DNA of 64,000 nt, taken from contig CM052816.1 of assembly GCA_028534125.1 (NCBI GenBank), positions 50,904,001 to 50,968,000 on the forward strand, read 5' to 3'. This document shows positions 36,710 to 50,114 of this stretch, piece by piece. Positions within the stretch are counted from its first letter, which is position 1. Each line of letters opens with the position of its first letter. Under the pieces are notes generated by a model. The model saw only the letters and a list, made by a program, of their open reading frames with translations, had not been told where the DNA came from and did not search any database. The translations under genes and the position numbers were made by a program. Origin of the DNA: Lama glama. Taxonomy: Eukaryota.

Positions 36710-37105
36710 TGCCACTGGTTGGGTTTCTCAGGAAGCCAATTCTGAGACAGAAATTGGCAAGTAGGAGGTTTATTAGGGACTGCTCTTGCATCAACACCTG
36801 TGGAAGGGAAGGGATGAAAGCAGGATTGGCCAGAGAGAGAAGTAAAGATGTAATGTGGTCTCAAGACAATGCCTCAGCTGACCACATGAGACATTTCAAA
36901 GATGGATTGACCCTTCAGAGCACCCTCATGTTGGTCTATCAGTCATTTGTTTTGATCTGCCCTAGGAAAAGGATGTAAACTTGGTTAAGGAGGCTGTAAT
37001 CACTTTATGGGATTGATAGCTGAGAGCTAATTGCAGGTGACACTCCCAGCAGCTGAACTGATAAATCCTTTACTCTTAGAGAAGGCTGTGGATAGCAAAT
37101 CACAA
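36710..37105 (-). mobile_element. LTR16A/C-like 5' LTR
   Basis: tttgggtttctcaggaagccaattctgagacagaaatt...ggaggtttattaggga...atcaacacctgtggaaggga...gcctcagctgacc...cactcccagcagctg. Confidence 0.82.
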
Positions 37106-39829
37106 TCCTCCTCCTTGTGATTTAAAACTTTAGCCCATAATCTCAGTGAAAGTGGGAAACAAGTTTATTCCCCACTAGACATCTAGTCCTTGAGTTTTGA
37201 CATTTTTGGGTTGAATGAACAAAAAAGAAAAAAGATTACAAGAGATTTTGAGTTTGAAGAAAAAGAAGACACAAGAAATGCTGACTTAGAAAGGTGGAGT
37301 GTTAACTGGGACAGCCTCAACAAAATAAACTGAGAATGGAGGGGGAGGGGGGCACAGATAGCATCTAGGATGAAGCAGCAAGAGAAAGTGAAAATATTTA
37401 GAAAGTCCTCAGATAAGCAGAACAATTGATTTTTATAGCGGTTAAAGAAGGTATCAGTCACCTGATTTTTTTTTTTTAAACAATGAAGGCAAGGAGAATA
37501 TGTGGTACTCAGATCCCAAGTGAAATCTGGAAACTATCTAATGTTCATCGCTTCCTCAAAAAGAAAAGTCTACAATAGGACACATCAAGATAATGACAAA
37601 TCTCCACATGGGCCAGACTGCTGACAGCAGAGCAGACCAGCCTGGCACCATTATCCTGACTCATGTACCTCACATACTTGGCAGAGGCAACTGGAATCCT
37701 TAATCAGAGACATAGTCCCCACCTGCCACCTCCAACCAGCTCAGAGCTGTCCAAACTGCAATCTCAGGTGGTTCCAGCCAATCAGCATCTCTCACAGGCC
37801 TTGCTTTTCTAAAGTGGGAGAGGTATGACGGTCCTTGGTTTGAAAGTCCTGCCTACCACTTCCCCTACTCCACCTCACTTTCAGGGGCCAGGCTCTGACC
37901 GGACTGCATCAGACTCCCTGCTTGGCAGAACTTCCCCATTCAGAACCTGACTTTGGTCTCTCATCTTTATTATTTTTCTTTAACAATAATATTCTTTAAA
38001 AAGTACTGAAATACAGTTCCACCCTGTCTCCTCATTCACATATTCTTTCTCAGTCTCCTTTTAAACTGTTTTTTCTCAGTTTCTATAAAAATCATTAATT
38101 TTGAACAATACAAATATTTTATTTCAGATAAGTGACTCAATAATAAAAGTGATGTAAAATGTACTAATCAAGCCTTTGAAAGCTTAAGTGCTTTTATTCA
38201 CATCTATGTTTTAATTTAATCTAATTTAGTTGAGTTTTTGTTTTATTGGGATTTTTTTTTGGCTTAGGTTTAATTATCTACAATTAACTGCTCCATGTAA
38301 AGTTTATTTAAAACCAGAATTAGTTCACTGAGATTTTCCTTGTTTTAGTCTGTGACGATCAGAAATATAACAGTCACAACAACTTACTTTGGTTTTCTTT
38401 TTGCATTGGCAAATTTTCTGTAATCCACATGCATCAAAATGATACAAAAACCAAGGAAATATTCATTTCCCCATAAAAATCTGACTCTTATTCTTTAATT
38501 CATATAGTAGGTATTGGAAGAGCCGAACTAAAATGATGCCATACTCTAAGGATCTGTTAAAGATATTTCTAAATTGATGTCATTGAAATTTTTAAATATT
38601 TTAACAGCAGTATAATATATTGACAAAGATACTTCTGTATTATACACTAATTTTCAGTTTCCTATGATTCATACTCCATGAAATACTTTTATTTTAGTAT
38701 GTACTATCAACATTTAGTAATACTTTAGTATTTAGTATAATTTAGTTTAAGTTTTTTTTTAAATAATCAACTGTGAGCTAGCATTTTAGAAGATGAGCTT
38801 TTATATACGCTTTAAATGAAATCCAGTTCAAAAGAAATCTTGGAATAAAAAGCTTAATCAATTAAAAGGCATTTACTAAGTAGGCGGCATGATGTTAATT
38901 TGGCACTAAGGAACACAAAGCACAAAAGGACAGGTGTCTGATGGGAACACAATCCCTGTTTTGCTGTCTCCCCCGCCAGGGCCTGCATCTAAGCCTTCAT
39001 TCCCTCGCATCTGCATAACTGAAATATCTGTCTGGTCCTTCTCCCTCCCAGTCCCCACTGTCACCTCCAGCCACACCCCATGTGGCAGCCTGCACAGATC
39101 GCCAAGTTCCTCTTCCTAAACTATTCTTTTTATTATATTTTACTTCCTCCTAAAAAATATTTAAGATAAAGTCCAAGATCTTCAGTCATATATAGAGTGA
39201 AAAACAATTTTAGACTCAGATCCCAACCCACACCCTGGTTTGGACACTTCTTATCTGACTGACTTGAGTAAGTTGCTTGATGTTGTGAGTGAAATGGATA
39301 CAATTATCATTACCTCTCCAGGGTGAGCAGAGGAACAAATGAATAGTGTACGTAAAACCTGCCAACTTTACTCAATTTGTTCTCTTCCCTAAACTCACTG
39401 GCTTTGGGTATCTTTTGTTTTATCTGACCTTGTTTTCCTTTCTAATTAATTCATCTCTTTAAAAGACTTTTCTGCATCAACACTCTTTGCCATATTATGT
39501 TAACTACACGCAACCTTTGCACATGCCTTTAGTTTTCCCACCCCCAAGCTTTGGTTTATGACTTTTAAAAAGTAACATCTATTTATGAGCTGATATTGTG
39601 TTGTACTGATATATTAGCTTATTTAATCTTAATACATAATATATTATTACAGATTAGGAAACTGAGGTTTCAAAAGGTTGAGAAACTTTAAATGCATTAG
39701 CATCTATCACTGTGAGGATGGTACTCTTATTTTTCCCTTTTACAGATAAAAAAATCTTAAAGAGGTTAAAAAAGTTATGAGTAGTGGTTTCAAACAATTT
39801 AGGTCGGCTTGCTTCAAAAATGATAGAAT

Positions 39830-39951
39830 GGGGTAGGGGTGGGTATAGCTCAGTGGTAGACTGCATGCCTAGCATGCACAAGGTCCTTGATTCAAATCCC
39901 AGAACCTCCATTAAAAATAAGTAAGTTTTAAAAAAGTACCTCCCCTCCTAA
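39830..39951 (+). mobile_element. tRNA-derived SINE (camelid Vic-1-like)
   Basis: A box tagctcagtgg, B-box-like gattcaaatcc, tail tacctcccc. Perfect 14-bp TSD aaaaatgatagaat (39816-39829 and 39952-39965). Confidence 0.9.
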
Positions 39952-40029
39952 AAAAATGATAGAATAATTGTCCCTTAATTTCCTAGGGGGAAAAAGTAAA
40001 AGATAATAGTAACAGTTTATAAACAAAAC

Positions 40030-40500
40030 AGACAAGACAATTTTGACGACAAAGAACATGAGGGGTCCTATGATAAAGACAAAGAAATGAGGGCCTTATC
40101 CTACCAAATACGAAGATAGTATATAGCTATATCAATTTGGATGGCGTGTTACTGGCAGAGATACAGGAAATGAACCAACGGGAACAGATTACAGAATCCA
40201 GAAAATGGACCCATTCATACAGAGGAATGGATTCTATGGTTGATATATATCTGAATCACTGGGGAAAGGGGGAGAGGGATGGACCCTACAATAAGTGGAA
40301 AATGAAATTAGAGCCTTACTTCATTCCACAAGCAAAATACAAAAATAAATTTCAAGTGGATCAAAGACCTAAATGTGGAAAACCAAAACTGTGGAGAAGA
40401 AAGCACAGACTATCTTTTTGACCTTAGAGAAGAAAATGATTTCTTAATGCCAAAAAGCACAAATGATTTAGGAAAAACAGTGATAAATTTGTCCACGTTG
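40030..40500 (+). mobile_element. Old L1 (L1ME-like) ORF2 fragment
   Basis: cctaccaaatacgaaga...tactggcag...acagaatccagaaa...aaataaatttcaagtggatcaaagacctaaatgt. Confidence 0.75.
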
Positions 40501-40963
40501 GCACCCAAACCTGCAGAAGTGCCCACTTAAAATAAAATATTAAACACAATTTTTCACCTATCATAAAATCACTCAAGCAAGCTTTCTTATAGTGGTTTTT
40601 GGGAGTTTTCACAAATCACTTAATTTAAGCATTATAAAACTTTCATATTCACTTCTTTTACATTCATCATACTTTGTAATAGGTATACTAGGAGCCCATC
40701 AATATTCCTTTCAAAAGAAGGAAGATATAGAGGAAGACAAACAGTAAGATGATTCTTTGATGCCCATGACCCGGATATTTTTCTCTTTTTCCTGTGAAGT
40801 GAACTTGTGAGAGAGCATTATTTTCAAGAGACCATCTCTTTTCACAAAAATCTTCTGAACTTACAGAAAGAGCTGACAGGCACAGAATCAGTTCAATCCC
40901 AAATCTAAGGCTGAGAAAACAAGTGGTCTTCCTGAATCTCTAGAGCTTTTAATGGCCACTCTT

Positions 40964-42609
40964 TAAAAAAAAAATATATTGAAGTATAGTTGCTTTATGA
41001 TATTGCATTAGTTTCAGGTATATAGTGTAGTGATGCCATATTTTTTGCAAATTATATTCCGTAATAGGTTAGCACAAGATAATGGGCATAGTTCCCTATG
41101 CTATACAGTAAATTCTTGTCATTTATCTATTTTATATTTAGTAGTTTGTATCTGTTAATACCATATTCCTAATTTGTTCCTCCCCTAACCTTGTCCCATG
41201 TGGTAACCACAAGGTTGTTTTCCATATCTGTGAGTCTGTTTCTATTTTGTAAATATATTTATTTATATTATTTTTTAGATTCTACATATAAGTGATATCA
41301 TATTTGTCTTTCTCTGTCTGACTTACTTCACCAAGCATAATATTAGAGGTCCATCCACACTGCTGCAAATGACAGTATTTCATTCTTTTGCATGGCAGAG
41401 TGATATTCCATTATATATGTATGTATATGTATATTTACTTATATTTATATACATATAAAACATCTTCTTAATCCAATCATCTGTTGATGGGCACTTCGAC
41501 AGCTTCCATGTCTTGGTTATTATAAACAGCACTGCTACGAACATTGGGGTGCATGTATCTATCATATGGTAGCTCTATTTTCAGTTTTTTAAGGAACTTT
41601 CATACTGTTTTCCATAGGGGCTACAGCAACTTACATTCCAACCAACAGTGTAGAAGGGTTCCCTTTTCTCTACATCCTCTCCACGACTTGTTATTTGTAG
41701 ACTTTTTGATGACAGCCATTCTAATCAGTGTGAGGTGATACCTCATTGTGGTTTTGATTTGCCTTCCTCTAATAATTAGCAATGTTGAGCATCTTTTCAT
41801 GTGCCTGTTGTCCATCTGTATGTTTTCTTTGAAAAAATGTCTGTTCAAGTCTTCTCCCTATTTTTTGATTGGGTTGTTTGTTTTTCTGATATGGAGTTAT
41901 ATGAGCTGTTTGCATATTTTGGATACTAACCCCTTGTAGGTCACATCATTTGAAAATATTTTCTTCCATTCAGTCAGTTGTCTTTTTGCTTTGTTGGTGG
42001 TTTCCTTTGCTGTGCAAAAGCTTTTAAGTATAATCACGTTCCATTTGTTTATTTTTGCTTTTATTTCTTTTGCCTTGGGGGACTGATCCAAGAAAATATT
42101 GCTACAATTTACATCAATGGATGTTTAGCTTATGTGCTTTTCTAGGAGTTTCATTTCTTACATTTAGGTCTTTAAACCATTTTGAGTTTATTTTTATATA
42201 TGCTGAGAGGAAGTGTTCTAATTTTATTATTTTATATGTGGCTGTCCAGTTTTCCCAGCACCACTTGTTGAAGAGACTGTCTTTTCTCCATTATATATTC
42301 TTGCCTCCTTTGTTACAGATTAATTGACTATCAGTGCATGGGTTTATTTCTGGGCTCTCTATTCTGTTCCATTGATCCATGTGTCTGTTTTTGTGCCAAT
42401 ACCACACTGTTGATTTCTGTAGCTTTATAGCATAGCCTAGGAGGGTTATACCTCCAGCTCTGTTCTTTATTCTCAGGATTGCTTTGGCAGTTCGGGGTCT
42501 TTGGTGGTTTCATATAAATATTAGGATTACTTATTCTAGTTCTGTGAAAATAGGCATTTTGATAGGGATTGCATTAAATCAGTAGATTGCTTTTGGTAGT
42601 ATGGACATG
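40964..42609 (-). mobile_element. 5'-truncated L1 (~1.65 kb, ORF2 3' part plus 3' UTR), frameshifted
   Basis: Minus-strand ORF fragments are L1 ORF2 ([32 protein letters not shown]). TSD taatggc(c/a)actctt at 40950-40963 and 42610-42623. Confidence 0.95.
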
Positions 42610-43349
42610 TAATGGCAACTCTTGAATCCCACATTTTGACTCTTTTTAACCCTCTTCAGAAGTGCTTTTTTTCCCTTATTTACACTAGATAAGATCCACC
42701 TTCACTTTCTGGCCTCCACTTCCAGCCACCACTATTAACAGTTACAGTGACTTGTTATGAACTTATCTCCTATGTCATCTTGGTTTGCAATATTCTTAAT
42801 AAAATCAAATAGAAATGTCTCAATATAAAAAAATAGACATAAATAACAGAATCCATGAGACATCTGGTTTTAACCTTTAGCCAACTCGGGGTCCTCGTCT
42901 CTCTTCTAAGAAGTGTTGATCTCAGTCTCACTTCACTCGTCATCAACCAACACTGCTAAATATTTATTTTGCAATGTCTAACCAAATGCTTTAAAGAAAT
43001 TTTCTTGGCCTGCAGGATTAAGAAAACATCTTCAGCCCAGAACTAAAGGTTCTCCATGATACTACTGTCTCTACCTATCAGCTTAATCCTTTTCTTGTCC
43101 ATAACCTGCCTTCTCAAGTTCCATATCTTCTATGATGCTCTACCTACCATCTAACATACACAGATCTTCCATCCCTTCCAAATGCCATGTATCTGTCCAA
43201 TAATCTTCCCTCTAGCAGCATCCACAGTTAACTTCTAACACGTCCTTGACATTGTGGCCTCCACCAAAGGTGAAAATTGGCTTGTAACTTTTACCATGAT
43301 TATCACAAACTGAAATGCTTAACACTAGGTGAATTTAAGTCAAATCAGA

Positions 43350-45215
43350 TCAGAGGATTCTAGCAAAGTGGCATCCTGGACACAACTCACTTTCCCCTAT
43401 CACCAGATTCAATCTGTCTACCTCTTTGAGTCGGAAGACTGCCTAGAGACTCAACAAGCAGGGAGAAAAGCCAGTCAGAACAGATGGAATTTCCACTTAG
43501 GGAAGTGGCTGAAGTACAGCAAAGGTGAACAGAAATTAAAAGATCTCCTTGTGGAGTCTTAAGTTCAAATACAATGCAAAGAAACATTTTTGAGAGAGAA
43601 AATTATCCTAAAAATTACTCTGTGAATGAGCTGAAATAGAAGTCAGCCATTTTTAAGATCCATACTAATGGTTTGGAAGAGTATGTGGAAGCTGCATTTT
43701 AAAGCATGGCACAAAAATATAAAAAGAAGGAAACTGAAAAGAAAAAAAGACAAAGTATAAATCTCAGAAATTTGTGCTTTTTCTAATTTCTTATTGTGTA
43801 AATTATGTTGTTTTATCTCTTTAAAAATGAAAGCACATAAAGCCATAAACTTTCCTTCACCATGTCCCACAGATTTTTTTGTATCTTTTCCTTTGCTTCA
43901 TACAGAGTTTATAATTTGATCTAAAGCTGCTACAAGGCTTATCTGGGAGTGTGCTTATTTTTCAAATACATAATTTTTAAATCAAATTTAATTATTCATT
44001 TTAATTTAATGAGTGCATAAAGTAAAAATGTTGCCTGTAAAATACTTTTTTGAAATTTGTAGTCAGATACACAATCAATTTTTGTAAATGTTCATAGGTT
44101 ATATTTGTGAAAATGTATATTATATTTGAGGATTATAAGTTTCTATATGAGTGTATATTCAATATAGTTTATGGAACATATTTTAAATTTTTAAATATAA
44201 AATTTCTTCATGTCAGTATTTTTTATTTTCATTGATGTCCTTATTCACATTTGTTAAGTTTGACTTCTGCTATACATAATGCTTAACACAATATTAACAA
44301 ATAAGATTTAGCAATATATCAAAATATTAATACACTGTCACCAAGAAATTCTTACTTTAGGAAAGTAAGGAATTTTATCAATATTATCTATATATCAACA
44401 TAATCAGGAATTGTGTCCACATAATCTATTATATCAACAAAATGAAGAAATGTCATATCATAAATGCTGAAACTGTATTTAATAAAATTTAACAACCATT
44501 CTTGATAAAAATCCTCAGTAAAATAAAATGTATTAGAATCAGGACATTTACTAAAAACCAAGAACATTTTCCTTAATGGTGAAACACTAAAATGAGCTAT
44601 CAGCATTATTATTTAGCATTGTTTCAAAAGTTCTAATAAATACAAGAAAGTTAAATGACTAGTATAAACATTAGAACAGAAGAGATTCTTAAAAGCCTCT
44701 TTTGTTGATATAACTGAATGACTAAAAAACAATCTATTCAAGGAAAAATCTAATAGCAATAACAAGAAACTCTGTGTGGAATACAATACAAATTACCAGG
44801 GGGAAAAAAGTAATAGTTTTGCTCTCTTTCAGCTATAAAACACCTAAAGAAAGAAAATGGTATTCAGAAAAAATTCAACATAGCAATAAATGTAAAAATA
44901 CTTGGGAATAAATTTAATAAGACAAACTCAAATCCTATATGAAGAAAATCATAAAATTTTACTAACATATGGAATAATACACCATGTTCATGAATGGGAA
45001 GACAACATATGAAAAAGATTAAATTTCCCCAAATTAATAAATAATCCCAATGTCATTCTAATTAGATTTTCAATGGAGGTTGTTTGTCATTTTATGTTGG
45101 TGGGGGATTGAGATGGTAAGGGGTGTTTGGAGAAAATGATTTCAAAATTTTGAAGTTTACAGGAAGGATAAAACATCTGATGACAGCCAATAAATTTAAA
45201 TTATTTAAAAAGCAA
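43350..45215. mobile_element. Degenerate old L1 segments in mixed orientation
   Basis: ORF1-like plus ~43600-43760; ORF2 5'-region-like minus ~43770-44270 (aaagccataaactttcct...tcccacagatttt); RT region plus 44285-45215 (aaccattcttgataaaaa, cttaatggtgaaacact, aatacttgggaataaattt, ccatgttcatgaatgggaagac). Confidence 0.6.
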
Positions 45216-45329
45216 GAGTAGTTATTAGTTAGTACTGATCAATTTTAAAAATGAAAGTTCAAGACTTTAAAATGTCAAAATTTAGGGCAGGAAATAGAGA
45301 GGAATATTTTCTGTAAAGGAAAACATAAA

Positions 45330-46083
45330 TCCTGATTTCCACTCCCTGCCTCTGTTCTCTCTAAACCTGTCCCTCTTTCTGACTTCTCCAGTTTAGTTAA
45401 AGATACTGCCATGCACCCAAACATAACTCAAATCTATGATCTTCCTTCAATCCTCAATACTACCACTCCAGTCTAAACCATTCTCATCTCCATCCTAGAC
45501 TGATGAAAAAACCTATATGTCTTGCAGCTTTCACTCTTGCCGATCTAATCCAGTCTTCTCACAGCAAACAAAGTAGTATTTCAAAAACCTTGATTGTCTT
45601 CCCAGGGTACTTAGACCAAAACCTGAGCTCTCCACTTCTCCAGAGTCCTACAAAGCTTGGTTCCAACTGTATCACTAAACATCTCATCTTATACCACTCT
45701 CTCCTCTCGCCCACTGTGCTCCAGCAATAATGCCCTTCCTTCAGTTCTTTAAATACACCAAGCTTGTTTCAGCTGTGGGGACTTCCCTGCTGGCCTTTTG
45801 TCTTGCTATGACTTTGCCCTGGTCAGCGTATAGCTGGTGCCTTAAGCATTTCCTCCTCAGATATCCCTTGACCACCTTTCAGAGCACCCTATGTTAATTA
45901 TCTGCATAGCACTAACTATTGTTGGATCTTTTGTGTATTTATTTGCTTATTCAGTGTTTATGCCCACATGAAAATGTAAGCTCCAAGATAAGCAACTTGT
46001 CTACCTGGTCTCTTCAGCACCAGATATAGTGCCTGACAAACAGCAGGCACTTGATAAATATTTGTTAAATCAAAGAACAAATG
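45330..46083 (+). mobile_element. L2 LINE 3' portion
   Basis: Ends aatgtaagctccaag...cagcaccagatatagtgcctgacaaacagcaggcacttgataaatatttgttaaat, the canonical L2 tail. Confidence 0.85.
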
Positions 46084-46934
46084 CTTGACCAAAGTTTTAT
46101 TTCTGAGAGTGTTTTCCTAAGAAAATTCTGAGCCTCCAGAAATGGGTTTGCTTTGAAAGGTCATTGAAGAAGTGTGCTGTATGTGTCATATACACAGGGC
46201 TTTATTATTTCAAAGGAAGGCATTTTTATAGCCTAATTTCTGGAATATTTTTTAAATCTAACAAAAACACAAAGCATTGCCTTATACCTGAAGTAATCAT
46301 TATCAAATATAGATTGACTGCCTTCATCTCTCAAACATCAAGAGACTGATTAGCAACATCCAACATCTTGACTGTAGGAGACCTTGACGTATATACTCAG
46401 TGTGTTATAATGAGTCATATAAATTAGCTGCCACATATTTCAAGGGAGACATTAATTTCCCACCACCTATTTCTAAATCCTAAATTCACCCGCAATGAGG
46501 TGATCAGTCACCCACAAAGCTTGGTGTCAACGAAAAGGCCTCATTTGATATTAACATATGTCCTAGCTTGGGGCAAACAGGGGAGAAGCAGCATGATGGA
46601 CCGGATAAATGATGGACCACACTCTGCGTAATTACTCTGAAGTGCTCTTCTCCACCAACGTGCTCGCCTCATAAGGTTCACTGTCTTCTTCCTTACTTGT
46701 AGGTGTCAGAAAATGAGTAAGGATTTCTGATTTAAACTAAGTTTCTCCAGCTCTAAAGATTTCCCTGAACTTTTCTGAGACTGCTTGGCCTCAGTTTCTC
46801 CCATAGTTAAGATTATCCTTCAGGCTTATTTTTTCAACACAACATGCAAGTCTGATTGTTACTCCTGAACCAGCTAACAACTATTTGACAAAGCCATGGC
46901 AACTATTGGTAAAACTATAAGGAAATGTTGGCCC

Positions 46935-47320
46935 TGTTATGGACTGAATTGTGTGTCCCCCCAAATCCACATGATGAAGCCCTAATCCCCAGTGTGATTG
47001 TATTTAAAGATAGAACCTTTAAAGAGTAATTATCTCTTTACTAGTAATTACGCTTTACTAACTTACTAACTAGTAAGTTAGATGAGGTCATAAGGGTGGC
47101 ACTCTAATCCAATAGGATTAGTGTCCTTAAAAGAAGAGAAAGAGACACCAGGGGTGTGTATGCATTGGACATCTGTTTGAAAGCCAGGAAGAGAGGACGT
47201 ACCAGGAATCAACCATGCCAACACCCTGATCTTGAAGTTTCAGTCTCCAGAATTGTGAGAAAATAAATGTCTGTTGTTTAAGCCACCCAGTTTGTGGTAT
47301 TTTTGTTATGATAGCTCTAG
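46935..47320 (+). mobile_element. MLT1A/B-like MaLR LTR
   Basis: tgttatggactgaattgtgtgtcccc...gaggtcataagggtgg...aagccaggaagagagg...tccagaattgtgagaaaataaatgtctgttgtttaagccacccag. Confidence 0.9.
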
Positions 47321-50114
47321 ATGTCCTCCTGATCCATTCTAGTCCTGAGACTCCAACATTTACCCCATCACCTTCCCATATCTCTCTTCTCCCAGTCCCT
47401 TACCTTGTCTCATACTTAGGGCACACTGACTTTATTTGGACTGCCATTATCTGGGCATATGCCAGCTGCAGGCAGGAAAGCTCAAGTAGATTACATGGAG
47501 ACTCTTTTTAATGCAGTCCTGGATATGAAACCTCAAGGGCAGAATATACTCAGTAGCTGAACAAAGCTGTTTTCTTCCAGGAACATCTGCTTTAGAGGAA
47601 AGCTATAGTTTCTACATATAGAACCTAAAATAAAAGTTGTAGAATAGCTTTCCAGTGCCTTTCCTAGATTAAAAACAAAATCTGTCCTAATTAGCTGCTA
47701 ACAATATGCTATAAAACCATCTCCTTTCTCCATGTATCAGTGATAGCTGCTCAAGTTCTTCAAACAATATGAAGTGTGGATACAGGGGGGTGAGGACCAA
47801 GTTTATCTCTATCTAATACACCAAACCTGGAAAAGGAAGAGGCTAAAAGAATGAGAGACTTTAGCTATGGGAAAACAATGAAAGGAAGTATAAAACACAA
47901 TTTGAAGGGGAAAAAAAGAGCATGTTCTTCCCTGAAATTCCACTTTAAATTTTGTCTTTGAGGATAATGTAAAACACTAATCAGCAACTCTGGGGAACAG
48001 GAAATCATGTTCAACTTAGATTTCCATCTCCATCATGTAACTCAGTGATTAAGCCAAGGAAGAAGATGTAGTCATTCTTTTGGGACATGAGGGGAAAAAG
48101 ATAATGACAGCTTCCAGTGCTTTGGCATCTTAAGGACCAGATATTGACATATAAGAGAAAACCATTATCCAAAGGACCAGCAGAATCAGAATATTCTCCC
48201 TCCCTATGAGGCCCAGGAAATGAGGAGGCCAGCCATTCACAGGCTACTATATGCCAGGATTTACAGTCAGAGCATCCATGTGTTTGGGGTCCAGGCACTG
48301 AGCACCTGCCTGCCTCAAATAAGCTGGGTCTTCCAATAGGTCAGAGATCCCTGCAATATCAGTATTCACATCCTACTAAACTGACGGAAAATGTGTACGT
48401 GTTAGACAGGAGGCAGAATGAGGGCTTGTGTCCCAGGCCACCACTCCCTCTCTTCCAGGTACCCCAGACCACCTCAAACACTGCCAGAAAGGGAGGCTGA
48501 AAACCATCAGTAAATCTATTAAAAACCAGTTCTCTTGTTCATGTATTCAATCTTTATTTCAAAAAGAATAATCTCCAACATCGACACTGGAAACAAATAG
48601 AGAAAATAATATATACAGCTACTAGATCTGATGGAAAACTCTCTTAAAAGGCCAAATACACTCTCATCTATTTTGGTTTCTTCTACCTGGTTGATTCGTA
48701 ATCTACCCAATTATTCTATATGCTGATTTGAAAGCTGAGAGGAAGCCAATATCATAGAAAGGTAAAAAGTCCAGTCATCCAGTTTTGAGAAAGAATACCC
48801 AGCAGATCAGTCTCTCTGAGTGACCATCATTTGTTCCACTCTTCTATAACTCAGAGGAATAAATGAATATTCTATAAATGCTCATCCAACTTGTAAAAAG
48901 CTTATAAATTATTATTCAAAGTAAAGTTTATTGAATACTGACTTTTCAATTAAGGTTATAAATTATGAAGCAACAGTGCATGGCCATTTGTGTTTTACAA
49001 GCTATTAGCAGCAACTTTATCTGCCTCATGAGATACACGACAAAGGTCAAGTGACCCCAGGGATCCTCTACACGCATTAATAACCTGGCATGATAAATGG
49101 CCTTGAGGTCTTCCTAGCATTCACAGTAGCTGGAACATTTTTAACAAAGAGGTATTGATGGATTTTTAAATTGCTTCCCATTGACTATACATTCTTTATT
49201 GTGAAACAAGAAATTGTTTTAAAAATGGAAAACAATATAATGTGTTTAAAAAAAATTTATATGGAAGACAGGCAACTTGTATCCTACATTATTTCTGCCC
49301 TTCTCACCAACTGTATGGTCTATGTCAAACCACTTTACCTCGCTGAGTCTTAAACTCCTCAACTGTTCTGTAAGAGACTGGAGTGGGTGAGCTCAGGCTT
49401 CACAAGCCAAGATTCTTCCAGTTGCTTCTTATAACTTGACTTTTTCCCTTTGCTAAGACCTCCAGGTGAGGTCTTTGTAGTTTTCCCCTCTGTGCTCTTT
49501 GTAGGGAAACTATAAATGACAGGATATATTATAAACTATAGGATGTACTAATAGGAAGTTTTTACATGAATAAAGTTGATTTTGATCAGTTTCAGGAAAT
49601 TTTTATTGTTGAAGATGTGCTGAGTCCTTTTTACAAATTGGTCTTTGAAATTCAGAAGTCAAAAGCTATGCTTAAAATGCTCCATTTTCATTCACTTGAA
49701 TTTCTTGTCAATTCCCTTCTACGCTCTCCTTCCTTTTCTAGTTCCACTCTTGGGAAAATGAAGATCATCCTTCTAGGTGACCCCATATGTGAGGGGAACA
49801 ACGTGGAGTATTGGGGAAGTCCCTTCTGAACAATTTTTTAAAGAGCTCCCAACAGCGTCAAAGAAACCAGCAAGTGATCATAAAGTATCAATCACATTAT
49901 ATGTGCTCAGTCCTGCGGACAGTAGGAAGGAGGATGTGAGAAACATAATCACCATTTCAGTGCCATCGAAGTGCCCACAATCTAATTTGAGAGATATAAG
50001 TAACGTGAAATCCAAGTAGACAACAATGTCTAGCACAATGCCTAGCAGAGAAAGTGTTTAACAAATGCTCATTAGGCTGTCCTGAGCGCCACAATTTTTA
50101 GGAAGAATAGTAAT

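Noticed and set aside
36496..36864. 122-aa ORF as a domesticated gag
   Set aside because: It begins in the LTR and stops shortly into gag, consistent with a decayed provirus.
39837..39910. tRNA-like sequence (also 54370-54446)
   Set aside because: Followed by a SINE body and A-rich tail and flanked by TSDs, so these are SINE heads, not tRNA genes.
41380..42513. Cluster of ORFs with protein-like sequence
   Set aside because: They are frameshifted L1 ORF2 fragments and their antisense frames, not a host gene.
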